Positions 30,698 to 41,103 of a stretch of DNA of 64,000 nt are shown piece by piece (position 1 is the first letter of the stretch; the number at the start of each line of letters is the position of its first letter). The DNA comes from Alphaproteobacteria bacterium. Its GTDB lineage: Bacteria > Pseudomonadota > Alphaproteobacteria > MPNO01 > UBA830. The stretch lies in NCBI GenBank assembly GCA_965243135.1, contig OZ251539.1, positions 2,689,812 through 2,753,811 of the forward strand. The letters run 5' to 3'. The position numbers and the translations under genes were made by a program. The notes under the pieces were generated by a model, which had not been told where the DNA came from, ran no database searches, and saw only the letters and a list, made by a program, of their open reading frames with translations.

Positions 30698-30949
30698 CGA
30701 GTTCGAGGCCCGGATCAAGTCGGTGGTCCGGCTTTCAGACGGCGAATCGAAAATTTCACGCCTCCTGACATCGCGTAAATCCAACTCCGGCGACCGTTTC
30801 CTTCCCGACGCCGCGCTGCGACCTCGCCAGTATTGCGCGGATCCACCTGTTGCGGCGCAGGCGCCCGAACCTTCGGCGACGGAAGCCGCGCGCCGCGTCG
30901 GCGTGAACGCAAGCTTTGCGGCAGGCGCTCCCGGCTTTCCGTGCTGCAG

Positions 30950-31657
30950 CTACGCGCCGCTCCCTATGGCGACCGCGTTCTTGTGAACGTCGTCGTACAT
31001 CAGATGCTGGATTTCGAGCATCTGGCGAACGGTCTTGAGCACGAGCGTGCGCTCGTCCTCCGTGCGAGCGAACTGGTCGAGAAGCTTTCGGCCGACATCG
31101 GAATGCTCTTCGTCCGCACTGTCGTGGATCACCCAGTAGGCGACCTCTTCGTCGCTCAAACCGAACTGTTCCTGGAGATTGCGAGCGATCTTGACGTACA
31201 GTCCGGGTATCGCCGCCTCGCCCGCCAGCATGTGCGCGGCGACGCCTTCCAGGAAGCTTTTCGAGCAGATTTGGGTGAAATAAGCCTGAAACGCCACTAC
31301 GCCGGCGCAATACGGGGGATCGTACATTTGTTCCGGCGTCAGCCCCATGCCCCTCGCGTAATCGAGATAGAGCCGGTGGTGCGAGACTCCGTTTGACATC
31401 AGGCGCCCGGTCGCCTCTTCGAAGGCCACTTCGGCGATCAACTCGCGCCAAGCCGGATCGGGACAGATCACGTAGAGATTGCCGTGATAGTTGTGATTGT
31501 GGAGCGGTATGCCGCCATGCTGCTGACAGATGTAGCGCGACTGCTCCAGATTCCACCTGCCCTCGACCATGCCGGTCCAGAGCGGATGTCCATACATCGG
31601 CAGTTCCCCGTGGATTTCCGAAATCCGATCGAGCACGCCCTGCGTCGTCAATGTCAT
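30950..31657 (-). CDS. TenA / PqqC / heme-oxygenase-like family protein
   Basis: 235 aa from ATG at 31657 (AGGAG RBS). All-alpha composition with conserved His/Glu/Tyr positions typical of the TenA_C fold. Confidence 0.55.
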   Translation of the reverse strand: MTLTTQGVLDRISEIHGELPMYGHPLWTGMVEGRWNLEQSRYICQQHGGIPLHNHNYHGNLYVICPDPAWRELIAEVAFEEATGRLMSNGVSHHRLYLDYARGMGLTPEQMYDPPYCAGVVAFQAYFTQICSKSFLEGVAAHMLAGEAAIPGLYVKIARNLQEQFGLSDEEVAYWVIHDSADEEHSDVGRKLLDQFARTEDERTLVLKTVRQMLEIQHLMYDDVHKNAVAIGSGA

Positions 31658-32401
31658 CGTGCGTCTCCTGGCAGACCGAAAGCGCATTGAACATATCCTT
31701 CGGCCGCAAACCGGTCGAGCGCCCGGCGTGGCAGCGCCGCCTTGCATGGGTTGCAGGCGTCAGGATCGGACGCGGTCCTTGTTCCGACGCCGGAGTCGCG
31801 TCTTCCGCAGAGCATAGTCCGCACGGCTGCGGAGCGGAAACAAATCGCGATCCTGAAGCTCGGCGTGGAAAACTGTCGACGGTCGGCACGGCTGGATCAA
31901 TTGCGCTTTGGTCCCTTGCGTCTCTTCGGGACACCATCCTCCGGCAGACCGGTTCTTGCCGCTTCTCCACCTCGCGAAGCGCACTCTCCGGTGCCAGGCG
32001 AAGCTTCTCGACCTTCGGAAGTCTCCGGAGCGCCGCTGTCGGCGCCCTCCCCGACCGGCGTCGTCTCGGGCGTCGCAGGCTGAATGTGCGGCCGCCATGG
32101 CGGCCGCGAGAAAAAGGCGTCCGGAAGAGCGATTCGCTAAACCCTGTTCACGCTCCGCGAGCGAACGGCCTACGCCGGGTCCTCTGGTTTCCGTCTTTGA
32201 AACGCGCTCGACTTGAACTTCTTGAATCGCAGGTCCATCGCCTCGTCCGAACGAGCTGGCGGCCCGCAAGACGCGGCGGATCTCTCGATGCGAACGCTTT
32301 TTCAGAAAAGACGGAAAACGCGATCTCGTCGCAAGTCAATCGATCACGCGGAAATCGTCGAAAACCATGAAGCCATGCAAAAGTAAACGCCGTTGGGAGG
32401 A

Positions 32402-33253
32402 TCAAAGGCTGCGGGCGTGGACGCGCTTCAGGAAGTCGATCACCTGGCCGTTGAAACGGTCCGCGTGTTCGATGTTCGGGCAGTGTCCGCAGTTTTCGTA
32501 GACATGATGCTCGTTGTCGGGGATGCGCTCGGCCAGTTCGTGGGAATAGCCCTGACTGCGCAACGGATCGTTGGCGCCGGCGACGATCAGAACCGGTACC
32601 GCGACGTTCTCGTAGACCGTGTCGTCCGGCACGCCGAAACCCTGTTTCGCGCCTTCGTTCCGCTCCTGGCGCTTGAGACGCGGCGCGGACGCGCATTCCC
32701 AGGCGCCCGGCAGCAGCGCCATTTCCTGGCGCTTCGCCACGTACGCGTCGTCGTCGCCCCATTTGGGGTCGTCGAGCATGGCGTGAAGGAGTGCCCGCAT
32801 CGCTTCCGCGGTTCCGTCGTACGCGAGCAACGTCTTCCGCTCCTCCGTCAGCGGCGTGAACCCGCCGCCCGAACACAGCACGGCCGACCGCACCGGCAAA
32901 ATCGGCGGCGGGTCGGCGATGATCCGCGCAAGATTGGATCCGCCCATGGAATTTCCCACGAAATCCGCCTCGGAGATCCCGAGCTCCTCGAAGAAACGTT
33001 GCATGTGGCGGTATACGCGCCCGCGCGGGTCGGCGAAATCGAACACCTTGTCCGTGCGCCCGAACCCGAGCCAGTCCGGCGCGACGACGTGGAAATGCTC
33101 GGCGAGCGCCGGGACGGCGAACTCCCAGCTGATTTCGGCGCAGCCGCCGAATTCGCCGGAATGCAGCAAGGCCACCGTCGGCGCGCCGGGGTCGCCCGCC
33201 TCCAGATAGTGAGTGTTGACGCCGTCGACGGCGACGTATTTCGATTCGATCAT
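32402..33253 (-). CDS. Alpha/beta hydrolase (meta-cleavage-product hydrolase-like)
   Basis: HSGEFGG, GNSMGG nucleophile elbow, C-terminal NCGHCPNIEH. ATG at 33253. Confidence 0.75.
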   Translation of the reverse strand: MIESKYVAVDGVNTHYLEAGDPGAPTVALLHSGEFGGCAEISWEFAVPALAEHFHVVAPDWLGFGRTDKVFDFADPRGRVYRHMQRFFEELGISEADFVGNSMGGSNLARIIADPPPILPVRSAVLCSGGGFTPLTEERKTLLAYDGTAEAMRALLHAMLDDPKWGDDDAYVAKRQEMALLPGAWECASAPRLKRQERNEGAKQGFGVPDDTVYENVAVPVLIVAGANDPLRSQGYSHELAERIPDNEHHVYENCGHCPNIEHADRFNGQVIDFLKRVHARSL

Positions 33254-33272
33254 CTCCGGCTCTCCCGACGGT

Positions 33273-34502
33273 TCAGCGCACGAAATCGACGGCGAGGCCG
33301 TCCGCATGATCGGGCGGCGACTCGCGCTTTTCCGCCGTCTCCTCGGGACTCCACGCATCCGCGAGTTCGCGGAGGCGCGGGTACACCTCGCGTTCGTAGA
33401 GCGTCATCGACCGCAGGACTCTTTCGGTCGAAAGGTGGCCGGCTTGTCCCATCATCAGCATGTGGCCGAAACCGCCGGAATGCTCCCAGAACGACCTGAT
33501 CTGCCGGTACACCTGGTCGGGCGTTCCCGCGAAGACGTTGCCGCGGCGCATGTGCTCCCCGAGATCGGCGCTGTAGGCGGCGCCGGTTCCGGATACGTGG
33601 GCGCCGCGCATGATGTTGGCGGCGAGCTTCGGCGGGTGGTAGCCGGGAGGGTTCCTCCAAGGCTCCGAGACCTTGTTGGCCTGCATGTACCACATCAAAT
33701 GGTTGGCTCCGTCCTCGGCTTCGCGTTCGCTGTCGCCGACATAGACGAGCGCGCAATAGGCCAGCCGGTCGAGCGGCGCGTGTTCGCGATGATGCCTGAG
33801 GTAATTCGCGCGGTAGGCGTCGAAAATCGGACGGATTCGCGAATAGCCGGCAAGAAAGACGGCGCCGACATGCCCGTGCCGGGCCACGGGATCGGTGCTG
33901 GCGGCGCTGCCCATCGTGATCCATACGGGAGGATGCGGCTGCTGCCACGGGCGCGGCCAGACGTTCACCTGGCGGTGACTGTACCACCTGCCCTCGAAAC
34001 TGAACGGACCGTCATGCGTGGTCCACGCCTTCAGGATCAGGTCGTGCGCTTCCCACAGCCGTTCCGACCCCCGGTACGGAAGGACGTTGGCGGCGGCCGC
34101 CTCGTAGGGCACGCTGCGGACGAAGCCGCATTCGAGCCGCCCCTTGGAGATGACGTCGATCATCGCCATTTCTTCCGCGACGCGGACCGGCTGGTTGCGA
34201 TTGGGCAGGGGGTTGCCGAGGATCAGGAGCCGGGAGCGGCCGGTCTGCCGCGCGAGGATGCCGAGCATTATGGGCGCGGCCGGAACCATGCAGGTCGCCG
34301 TCTGGTGATGTTCGTTCACCATGATCTCCAGCCCCAGCTCGTCGGCGGCGCACCAGAGGTCGAGATATTCGTTGTAAAGACGGCTGGCATTCTGCGGGTC
34401 GCAGAGCGCGTTGGGCAAATCGACCCGGATCGAAGCGTAGGAATCGGGATCCGGCAGGTCGGGATAGCAGTCCTCCGTGAAGAACCAGGTCTTGAGGCTC
34501 AT
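33273..34502 (-). CDS. LLM-class (luciferase-like) flavin-dependent oxidoreductase
   Basis: 409 aa; LLM fold sequence. Paralog of the adjacent gene with roughly 75% identity by eye. Confidence 0.8.
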   Translation of the reverse strand: MSLKTWFFTEDCYPDLPDPDSYASIRVDLPNALCDPQNASRLYNEYLDLWCAADELGLEIMVNEHHQTATCMVPAAPIMLGILARQTGRSRLLILGNPLPNRNQPVRVAEEMAMIDVISKGRLECGFVRSVPYEAAAANVLPYRGSERLWEAHDLILKAWTTHDGPFSFEGRWYSHRQVNVWPRPWQQPHPPVWITMGSAASTDPVARHGHVGAVFLAGYSRIRPIFDAYRANYLRHHREHAPLDRLAYCALVYVGDSEREAEDGANHLMWYMQANKVSEPWRNPPGYHPPKLAANIMRGAHVSGTGAAYSADLGEHMRRGNVFAGTPDQVYRQIRSFWEHSGGFGHMLMMGQAGHLSTERVLRSMTLYEREVYPRLRELADAWSPEETAEKRESPPDHADGLAVDFVR

Positions 34503-34520
34503 GCGTTCGCGGCCCGCGAA

Positions 34521-35750
34521 TCAGCGAACGAATTCGACGCCGAAGGTGCCGAGGTCAGCGCTCTGCCTTGCCGGCATCGCCGCGCTGCGTTCGGCGACTT
34601 CGGCGGGGTCGCTGGTCGCGGTCAACTCGCGGAGGCGAGGATACACTTCGTTACTGTACAGCTTCATCGACTTCAGCGCATCGTCGTCGGAGAGGAAGCC
34701 TGCCTGGCCCATGAGCATCATGTGTCCGAAGCCGCCGGAATACTCCCAGAACGCCTTGATCTGCTCGTAGACTTGATCCGGGGTGCCGGCGAACACGTTG
34801 CCGCGGGCCATCTGCTGTTCGAGCGTCGGATTGACCGGCACGCCCGAGCCGGTGACGCCGCGCATGACCGCGGCGGAAACGGCTGGGGGGTGATAGCCGG
34901 GCGGATTGCTCCATTCCGGCGGCACTTTGTTGGCCTCCATGTACCAAAGCAGTTTGCGCGCGCCGTCTTCCGCCTCGCGTTCGTTCTCTCCGACGTAGCA
35001 CAGCGCCAGATAAGCGAGGCGGTCGAACGGAGCCTGGCCGCCGTGAGCGCGCGACCAGGCGTCGCGATAACCGCCGAATATCTCCCTGATCTTGGGATAG
35101 CCGGCGAGAAAGACGGCGCCGACGTGACGATGCTCGGCGACCGGCACCGCCGTGCGGGCGCTTCCCATGGTGATCCAGATCGGCGGATGCGGCTGCTGCC
35201 ACGGGCGCGGCCATACGTTGACTTGGCGGTGATGGTACCAGCGTCCCTCGAAGTTGAACGGACCGTCATGGGTGGTCCACGCCTTGACGATCAGGTCATG
35301 CGCTTCCCAGAGCCGTTCCGTACCCTTGTACGGCAGGATGTTCGCGGCGGCGGCCTCGTACGGGACGCTGCGCACGAAACCGCATTCCAGGCGGCCTTTC
35401 GAAATCACGTCGACCATCGCCATTTCCTCCGCGACGCGAACCGGCTGGTTGCGGTTGGGCAGAGGGTTGCCGAGAATCAGCAGGCGCGCCCGGCTGGTCT
35501 GGCGGGCGAGTATTCCGAGCATGATAGGGGCCGCCGGAACCATGCAGGTCGCCGTCTGGTGATGCTCGTTGAGCATGATCTCGAGGCCGATCTCGTCGCA
35601 GGCGCACCAGAGGTCGAGGTAGCGGTTGTAGAGCTCGCTCGCCTTCCGCGGGTCGCAATGAACGTTCGGCAGATCGACGCGGATCGACCGGTAGGCGCTC
35701 TGATCCGGCAGATAGGGATAGCAGTCCTCGGTGAACCACCACGATTTCAT
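34521..35750 (-). CDS. LLM-class flavin-dependent oxidoreductase (paralog)
   Basis: ATG at 35750 (MKSWWFTEDCYP). Colinear with 33273-34502; N-terminal extension in the ORF track rejected. Confidence 0.8.
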   Translation of the reverse strand: MKSWWFTEDCYPYLPDQSAYRSIRVDLPNVHCDPRKASELYNRYLDLWCACDEIGLEIMLNEHHQTATCMVPAAPIMLGILARQTSRARLLILGNPLPNRNQPVRVAEEMAMVDVISKGRLECGFVRSVPYEAAAANILPYKGTERLWEAHDLIVKAWTTHDGPFNFEGRWYHHRQVNVWPRPWQQPHPPIWITMGSARTAVPVAEHRHVGAVFLAGYPKIREIFGGYRDAWSRAHGGQAPFDRLAYLALCYVGENEREAEDGARKLLWYMEANKVPPEWSNPPGYHPPAVSAAVMRGVTGSGVPVNPTLEQQMARGNVFAGTPDQVYEQIKAFWEYSGGFGHMMLMGQAGFLSDDDALKSMKLYSNEVYPRLRELTATSDPAEVAERSAAMPARQSADLGTFGVEFVR

Positions 35751-36514
35751 GGCCCCGGCCCTTCGGTCGCGAACGCCAGCACGGCATCGACGAACGCGCC
35801 GGGGCGCTCCATCTGGGGCGCATGGCCGGCATTTTCGATCACCGTCAGGCCGGCACCGTCGATCATCTTCGAGAACGCGCGCCCGTAGTCGACGGACACG
35901 ATGCCGTCGCTGGCCCCCCATATGAAATGAGTCGGAATGTCGATGCGATGCAGCCGCTGCGGCAGCTTCGGGTTGTGCATGTACGGATCCCACGTGTACA
36001 CGCCGAGCGCCGTGCGGTTGGCCGCGATCTCCTCGACCCGCTCGTCCGGCAGCCGCGCGAGGTCGGGGGCCAGCGACGCGTCGTGAAACATGAGCTCCGC
36101 CAGCTTTTCGGCCGGCGCCGCGAAGACGTCCGCGATGTCGCGGACGTCGCGACCGGAGACCTTGACGCCGACGGAATCGACCAGAATCAGTTTCGAGAGG
36201 CGTTCCGTCGTCATTACGGCGAGTTCGAGAGCGATCCAGCCGCCCATGGAAAAGCCCATCAGGACGGCGTCCCTCAGATCGAGTTCCTCCAGCAGGTCGA
36301 GATAGAGAAACGCCAGATCGTCGATGCAGTCGAACTGGTCCGGAATCCGGCTGCCCGCGAAGCCGGGATGGGTGGGAGCGACAATCTCGAATTTTTCGGC
36401 AAGCCGGTCGGCGAACGGCATGTCGGCGATCGGTCCGCCGCCTCCGTGCAGCGCGACCAGGGGCCGACCCGAGCCCTTGCGCGCAACCTCCACGTCGAGT
36501 CCCTGCAGTCTCAT
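35747..36514 (-). CDS. Alpha/beta hydrolase
   Basis: ALHGGGG, GFSMGG. ATG at 36514 with AAGGA RBS; 4-nt overlap with the downstream LLM gene. Confidence 0.75.
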   Translation of the reverse strand: MRLQGLDVEVARKGSGRPLVALHGGGGPIADMPFADRLAEKFEIVAPTHPGFAGSRIPDQFDCIDDLAFLYLDLLEELDLRDAVLMGFSMGGWIALELAVMTTERLSKLILVDSVGVKVSGRDVRDIADVFAAPAEKLAELMFHDASLAPDLARLPDERVEEIAANRTALGVYTWDPYMHNPKLPQRLHRIDIPTHFIWGASDGIVSVDYGRAFSKMIDGAGLTVIENAGHAPQMERPGAFVDAVLAFATEGPGP

Positions 36515-36746
36515 GCCCGTTGTTCCATCCTTCGCCTCTCGCCGGTTGCGCCGCACATTACTTTTCCGCCGGCCGGTTGGCAATCCGCGCGGGAGAGAGG
36601 CGGCGTCGCGGATTCCGGGCGACGACGAAGGGGCGGACGAACCTTGGCAGATCCTTGCCGCCAGGCGGCCGCGGGGCAGGCGTCGGCGACTGCGAATCGG
36701 CGGCCGCGCGCATCGCGAAGCGCCGGCCGCCCTGAACGCGGCGCGG

Positions 36747-38375
36747 TCATTGCACCCAGTAATCCGAGGAAGGATCGCCTTTGACGGTTTCTTCGGGCGA
36801 CCACTCGCCGATGATCAGGCCTTTCCTGCGGGCGCCGCCGGTGCGTTTGCGGACCGCCTCCTCCGATATCGAGATACGGGTGCGGCGCTTGCGCAGCCAC
36901 GCGAAAATCCGTTCGTGCATCTCGGCGCGGACATCCGCGTGGTCGGGACTGCTTCCAAGGTCGCGAAATTCTTCGGGATCGGTCTCTAGATCGAAGAGCT
37001 GCGGCCGATAGCCTTCGTACAGGATGTATTTCCAGCGGTCGGTGCGCGCCATAAACGCCCGCGCATCCGCAGGTTCGATGCCCAGGTAGCTGCGCGCGGG
37101 CTTGAACGCGAAGTCGCTTTCCGAGAAGACGGCGTCGCGCCATTCGCCGTTCCGCCCGCTTCGCAGCGCCGGAAGAAGGGACCGCCCCTCCAGCACGTGG
37201 CCAGCGTCTTTCCAGCCGCCGAAGAGGTCGAGGAAGGTCGGGATCAGGTCGATCGATTCGACGAACAGATCGTTCCGGGTTCCCCGCGTTCCGTCGGCCG
37301 CCGAATCCGGATCGTAGACGACGAGCGGTATCCTGACCGAACAATCGTGGAACATCTCCTTCTCGCCGAGCCAGTGATCGCCGAGGTAGTCGCCATGGTC
37401 CGAAGTGAAGACGATCAAGGTATCGTCCATCCTGCCGCTCGCTTCCAGCCATTCGAACAGGATTCCCAGCTGATCGTCGATCTGCTTGATCAGCCCCATG
37501 TACGCCGGGACGACGTTCGCGCGCACCTCGTCCATGGCGAAGCTGCGGCTTTCCGGATGCTTCATGTGCGCCGCGATCACCGGGTGGGGATCGTCCAGTT
37601 CCGTTCGCGACCGCACGGCGGGCAGGATCTGGTTTCGTCCGTACGCGGCGTGATACGGCGCCGGCGCGACGTAGGGCCAGTGCGGCTTGATGTAAGAAAG
37701 ATGCAGCAGGAACGGCGCGTCGCCCTGTCGTTCCATGAACTCGATCGCGCGGCGGGTCATGTAGGGCGTTTCGGAATCCTCTTCCCTGATTCGCGCCGGC
37801 AGGTGGTTGTTTCCGAGATACCAGCCGGACAGGATTTCGCCGTCGGGGCCCTCCGCCGAGTTCGCCCAGTCGTGCCACGGGTTGTCGCCATCGTAGCCTT
37901 TCGACCTCAGGTAGCGGTTGTAAGCGTAATCGGGATCGACGACCGCGTCAGGCCACAGGCCGTCGTCGCGTTCGACGGGTTCCAGCCCGCACTGGGAGGC
38001 GAGTCCGCCGAGACTCGAGGCCGGATCCACGCCCAGCCTCTTCATGCCGTCGCGGTCGGGGGCCATGTGGGTCTTGCCGACGAGGGCGCAACGCAGGCCG
38101 CGCGGCCGCATCCAGTCTCCTATATTCGGTTGCCCGACGGACAGCGGAACGTCGTTCCAGGTGGCGCCGTGGCTGAACATGTAGCGTCCGGTCAGGAACG
38201 ACATGCGCGACGGACCGCAAAGGGGGGACTGAACGTAGGTTTGCGTAAAGTTGACGCCGCTTGCCGCCAGCCTGTCGACGTTCGGCGTTTCCAGGTGCGG
38301 ATGCCCGTTGCAGGAGAGGTAGTCCCAGCGCAACTGGTCGCACATGATGAACAGAATGTTTCGTACCTTGCCCAT
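36747..38375 (-). CDS. Sulfatase (arylsulfatase / choline-sulfatase family)
   Basis: FIMCDQLRWD, SPLCGPSRMSFLTGR (C-x-P-x-R formylglycine motif), GKTHM, SDHGD. ATG at 38375. Confidence 0.85.
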   Translation of the reverse strand: MGKVRNILFIMCDQLRWDYLSCNGHPHLETPNVDRLAASGVNFTQTYVQSPLCGPSRMSFLTGRYMFSHGATWNDVPLSVGQPNIGDWMRPRGLRCALVGKTHMAPDRDGMKRLGVDPASSLGGLASQCGLEPVERDDGLWPDAVVDPDYAYNRYLRSKGYDGDNPWHDWANSAEGPDGEILSGWYLGNNHLPARIREEDSETPYMTRRAIEFMERQGDAPFLLHLSYIKPHWPYVAPAPYHAAYGRNQILPAVRSRTELDDPHPVIAAHMKHPESRSFAMDEVRANVVPAYMGLIKQIDDQLGILFEWLEASGRMDDTLIVFTSDHGDYLGDHWLGEKEMFHDCSVRIPLVVYDPDSAADGTRGTRNDLFVESIDLIPTFLDLFGGWKDAGHVLEGRSLLPALRSGRNGEWRDAVFSESDFAFKPARSYLGIEPADARAFMARTDRWKYILYEGYRPQLFDLETDPEEFRDLGSSPDHADVRAEMHERIFAWLRKRRTRISISEEAVRKRTGGARRKGLIIGEWSPEETVKGDPSSDYWVQ

Positions 38376-38498
38376 GTCTGCGTTTCGCTCCGGTTGTTCC
38401 GTCTGTTTGATAGCACGGCGAGCGGCTCGCCGCCCGCGCGCGGGAATGCGCAAAGGCCGTCGCGCGGCGCGTCCCGCCCGCCCCTTTCGGACAGGGGT

Positions 38499-39653
38499 TC
38501 AAACGGGCAGGGCCAGGATCCGCTTCGCCACGATGTTGCGCTGGATTTCGCTCGAACCGCCGTAAATCGTGGCGCGGCGGACCTGGAGGAAAAGCGGCGC
38601 CACCTCGACGGGCCCGTCTTCGGTTTCGACCGAACGCGCGGCTTCGCCGCCGGCGGCGTCGAGCAGCAGATCGGCGACGCGCTGCAGCAGCTCGGTGCCC
38701 GCGATTTTCAGGATCGAGGATTCGTGTCCGAGCGAGCGTTGCGCATTCGCGATTTCGGCCGCGTGCGCGAACATCGCCGCGAAGGCGACGGTTTCGATTT
38801 CGATCGCGGCGAGCCGTTCCCGAAACCCGGCGTCGTCCGCGGCGCCGGTCGCGCGGGCGACTTTTCCGACGCGCCGCAGCGCGTCGTAGAGAAGTCGCGG
38901 ATTCGCCGTCGCCAACCGTTCGCGGACGAGCAGAGCGTTGGCGACGCGCCAGCCGTCGTGCAGTTCGCCGACCACGTTCTCCAGCGGCACGCGCACGTCG
39001 TCGAGAAACACTTCGGCGAACTCCTCGTCTCCCGCGATGGTGCGGATGGGACGAACCTCGATCCCCGGCGTCTTCATGTCGATCAGCACGAAACTGATCC
39101 CGGCCTGCTTGCGCGACGCGCCGGGATCGGTGCGCACCAGCGCGAACATCCAGTGCGAATGCTGAGCCCATGTGGTCCATATCTTGGAGCCGTTGACGAC
39201 AAGGCGGTCGCCGACGATTTCGGCGCGGGTTCTGAGGCTGGCGAGATCCGATCCCGAGCCGGGCTCGGAATAACCCTGGCACCAGATAGCTTCACCGGCG
39301 ACGATGGGGGGCAGGAATCGCTCTTTTTGCGCCTCGGCGCCGAAGGTCATGAGAATCGGCCCGATATGATTGACGCCCTGTCCGGAAAGTTCCGGCGCAC
39401 CGGCGCGCGCGAGTTCTTCGGCGAGGATGATCTGCTCGTTCAGCGTCGCGTCCGCGCCGCCGTAGCGCCGAGGCCAGTGCGGAGCGAGCAATCCCTTGGC
39501 GCCGAGCTGCCGTTGCCACCGCATCGCGCGTTCGAACGGCGGCCTGGTGGACCAGCCGCGGAGATCGTCGGGCAACGTCGCGCCGATCCAGGCGCGCACT
39601 TCGGCCCGGAACGCCTTTTCCGCGGGGGTGTCCTTGCGAAAACCGATGACCAT
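38499..39653 (-). CDS. Acyl-CoA dehydrogenase family protein
   Basis: 384 aa with ACAD N/M/C domains (GYSEPGSGSD, IYGGSSEIQRNIVA). Confidence 0.85.
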   Translation of the reverse strand: MVIGFRKDTPAEKAFRAEVRAWIGATLPDDLRGWSTRPPFERAMRWQRQLGAKGLLAPHWPRRYGGADATLNEQIILAEELARAGAPELSGQGVNHIGPILMTFGAEAQKERFLPPIVAGEAIWCQGYSEPGSGSDLASLRTRAEIVGDRLVVNGSKIWTTWAQHSHWMFALVRTDPGASRKQAGISFVLIDMKTPGIEVRPIRTIAGDEEFAEVFLDDVRVPLENVVGELHDGWRVANALLVRERLATANPRLLYDALRRVGKVARATGAADDAGFRERLAAIEIETVAFAAMFAHAAEIANAQRSLGHESSILKIAGTELLQRVADLLLDAAGGEAARSVETEDGPVEVAPLFLQVRRATIYGGSSEIQRNIVAKRILALPV

Positions 39654-39793
39654 GCGGGCAGATTATCGGTTTGCGCCCGCCGTGCACAGGCCCGGCGAAG
39701 AACGGAAACGGACAAGGACCGCCCGCGCGAGACGAGCTGTCCGGTTGCCCGTCGCCGCGCCCTCCGGTATGCGTGCAGCGAGGGAGAACGGCG

Positions 39794-40954
39794 ATGAAGC
39801 GCGGCGACGGGCGAATTCTGACCACCCATGTCGGCAGCCTGCCGAGACCGGGGCGGCTGATCGAAACGATGATCGCGGAGGATCGGGGCGTCGCCATCGA
39901 TCGCGAGGCTCGCGACGCCGAGCTGAGGGCGGCGGTCGACGAGGTCGTCGCTCGCCAAGTCTCGACGGGGATAGACATCGTCGACGACGGCGAATTCTCG
40001 AAACGGGGTTTTTCCGTTTACGCCAACGAACGGCTGGCGGGCTACGAAATTCGGCCGAAGCGGAGGGGCATCCCGTGGGCCGGCTCGCGCGAGGCGCTGG
40101 CGTTTCCGGAGTTCTACGAGGCCGCGCTGCCTCGCGGTTCGGCGCCGCGAGCGGAGGAGGCGGTCTGCACGGGTCCGGTTTCGTACAAGGGGCAGGCCCA
40201 GCTTGCGCGGGACATTGCGAACCTGCGGGCGGCCGTCGACGCTCACGGGGCGGAAGAAGCGTTCGTTCCCGCGATCTCGCCGGTCGACGTCGCGGGCAAC
40301 CAGAAGAACGAGCATTACGCGACATCGGAAGACTTTCTTTACGCGGTCGCCGACGCCATGAGGGAAGAATACCGAGCCATCGTGGATGCGGGGTTTGTCC
40401 TGCAGATCGACGATCCGCATCTGGTAACCCACTACGTCAAGACTCCGGGCCTGGAACTGACCGATTACCGCAAATGGGCGGAAGCGCAGGTGGAAGCGAT
40501 AAACTATTCCCTCGACGGCATTCCCGAAGAGCGGGTTCGCTATCATACCTGCTACGGAATCAACATGGGGCCGAGGGTTCACGAGGTGGAACTCGGCTGG
40601 GTCCTGGATATCGTGCTCCGGGTCAGGGCCGGAAGCTATTCGTTCGAAGCGGCCAATCCGCGCCACGAACACGAATGGCGGCTGTGGGAGAACGCGCGCT
40701 TGCCGGACGGCAAGGCGCTGATTCCCGGAGTGATCACCCATTCGTCGGTGCTCGTCGAACATCCGGAACTCGTGGCCGAGCGCATCCGGCGCTTTGCCGG
40801 GCTGGTCGGCCGGGACAACGTGATCGCGGGCGGCGATTGCGGGTTCGGGACCCAGGCCAGCGCCGAGCCGGAGATCGATCCCGCCATCGTCTGGGCGAAA
40901 CTGGAGGCTCTGGCCGAAGGAGCTCGCATCGCCACTTCCGATCTGTGGCCGTAG
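39794..40954 (+). CDS. Cobalamin-independent methionine synthase (MetE C-terminal / UROD-like) family protein
   Basis: ATG at 39794 with AGGGAG RBS; HVGSLPRP N-terminus; HTCYG Zn-ligand region; CGFG near the C-terminus. Confidence 0.7.
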   Translation: MKRGDGRILTTHVGSLPRPGRLIETMIAEDRGVAIDREARDAELRAAVDEVVARQVSTGIDIVDDGEFSKRGFSVYANERLAGYEIRPKRRGIPWAGSREALAFPEFYEAALPRGSAPRAEEAVCTGPVSYKGQAQLARDIANLRAAVDAHGAEEAFVPAISPVDVAGNQKNEHYATSEDFLYAVADAMREEYRAIVDAGFVLQIDDPHLVTHYVKTPGLELTDYRKWAEAQVEAINYSLDGIPEERVRYHTCYGINMGPRVHEVELGWVLDIVLRVRAGSYSFEAANPRHEHEWRLWENARLPDGKALIPGVITHSSVLVEHPELVAERIRRFAGLVGRDNVIAGGDCGFGTQASAEPEIDPAIVWAKLEALAEGARIATSDLWP

Positions 40955-41103
40955 GCTGAACGGCGCCCGTGGGGAGATGGGCCATGCGCAACCAGGCCGC
41001 CGGCCGCGAATGAACTCTTTCGCGAATCGAAGACTTCGCGGCGGCGCTCGCCGTTCGAGAATTCCAGAACGCGACGCCGAGATCCGCCCCGTATCGCGTC
41101 GTT

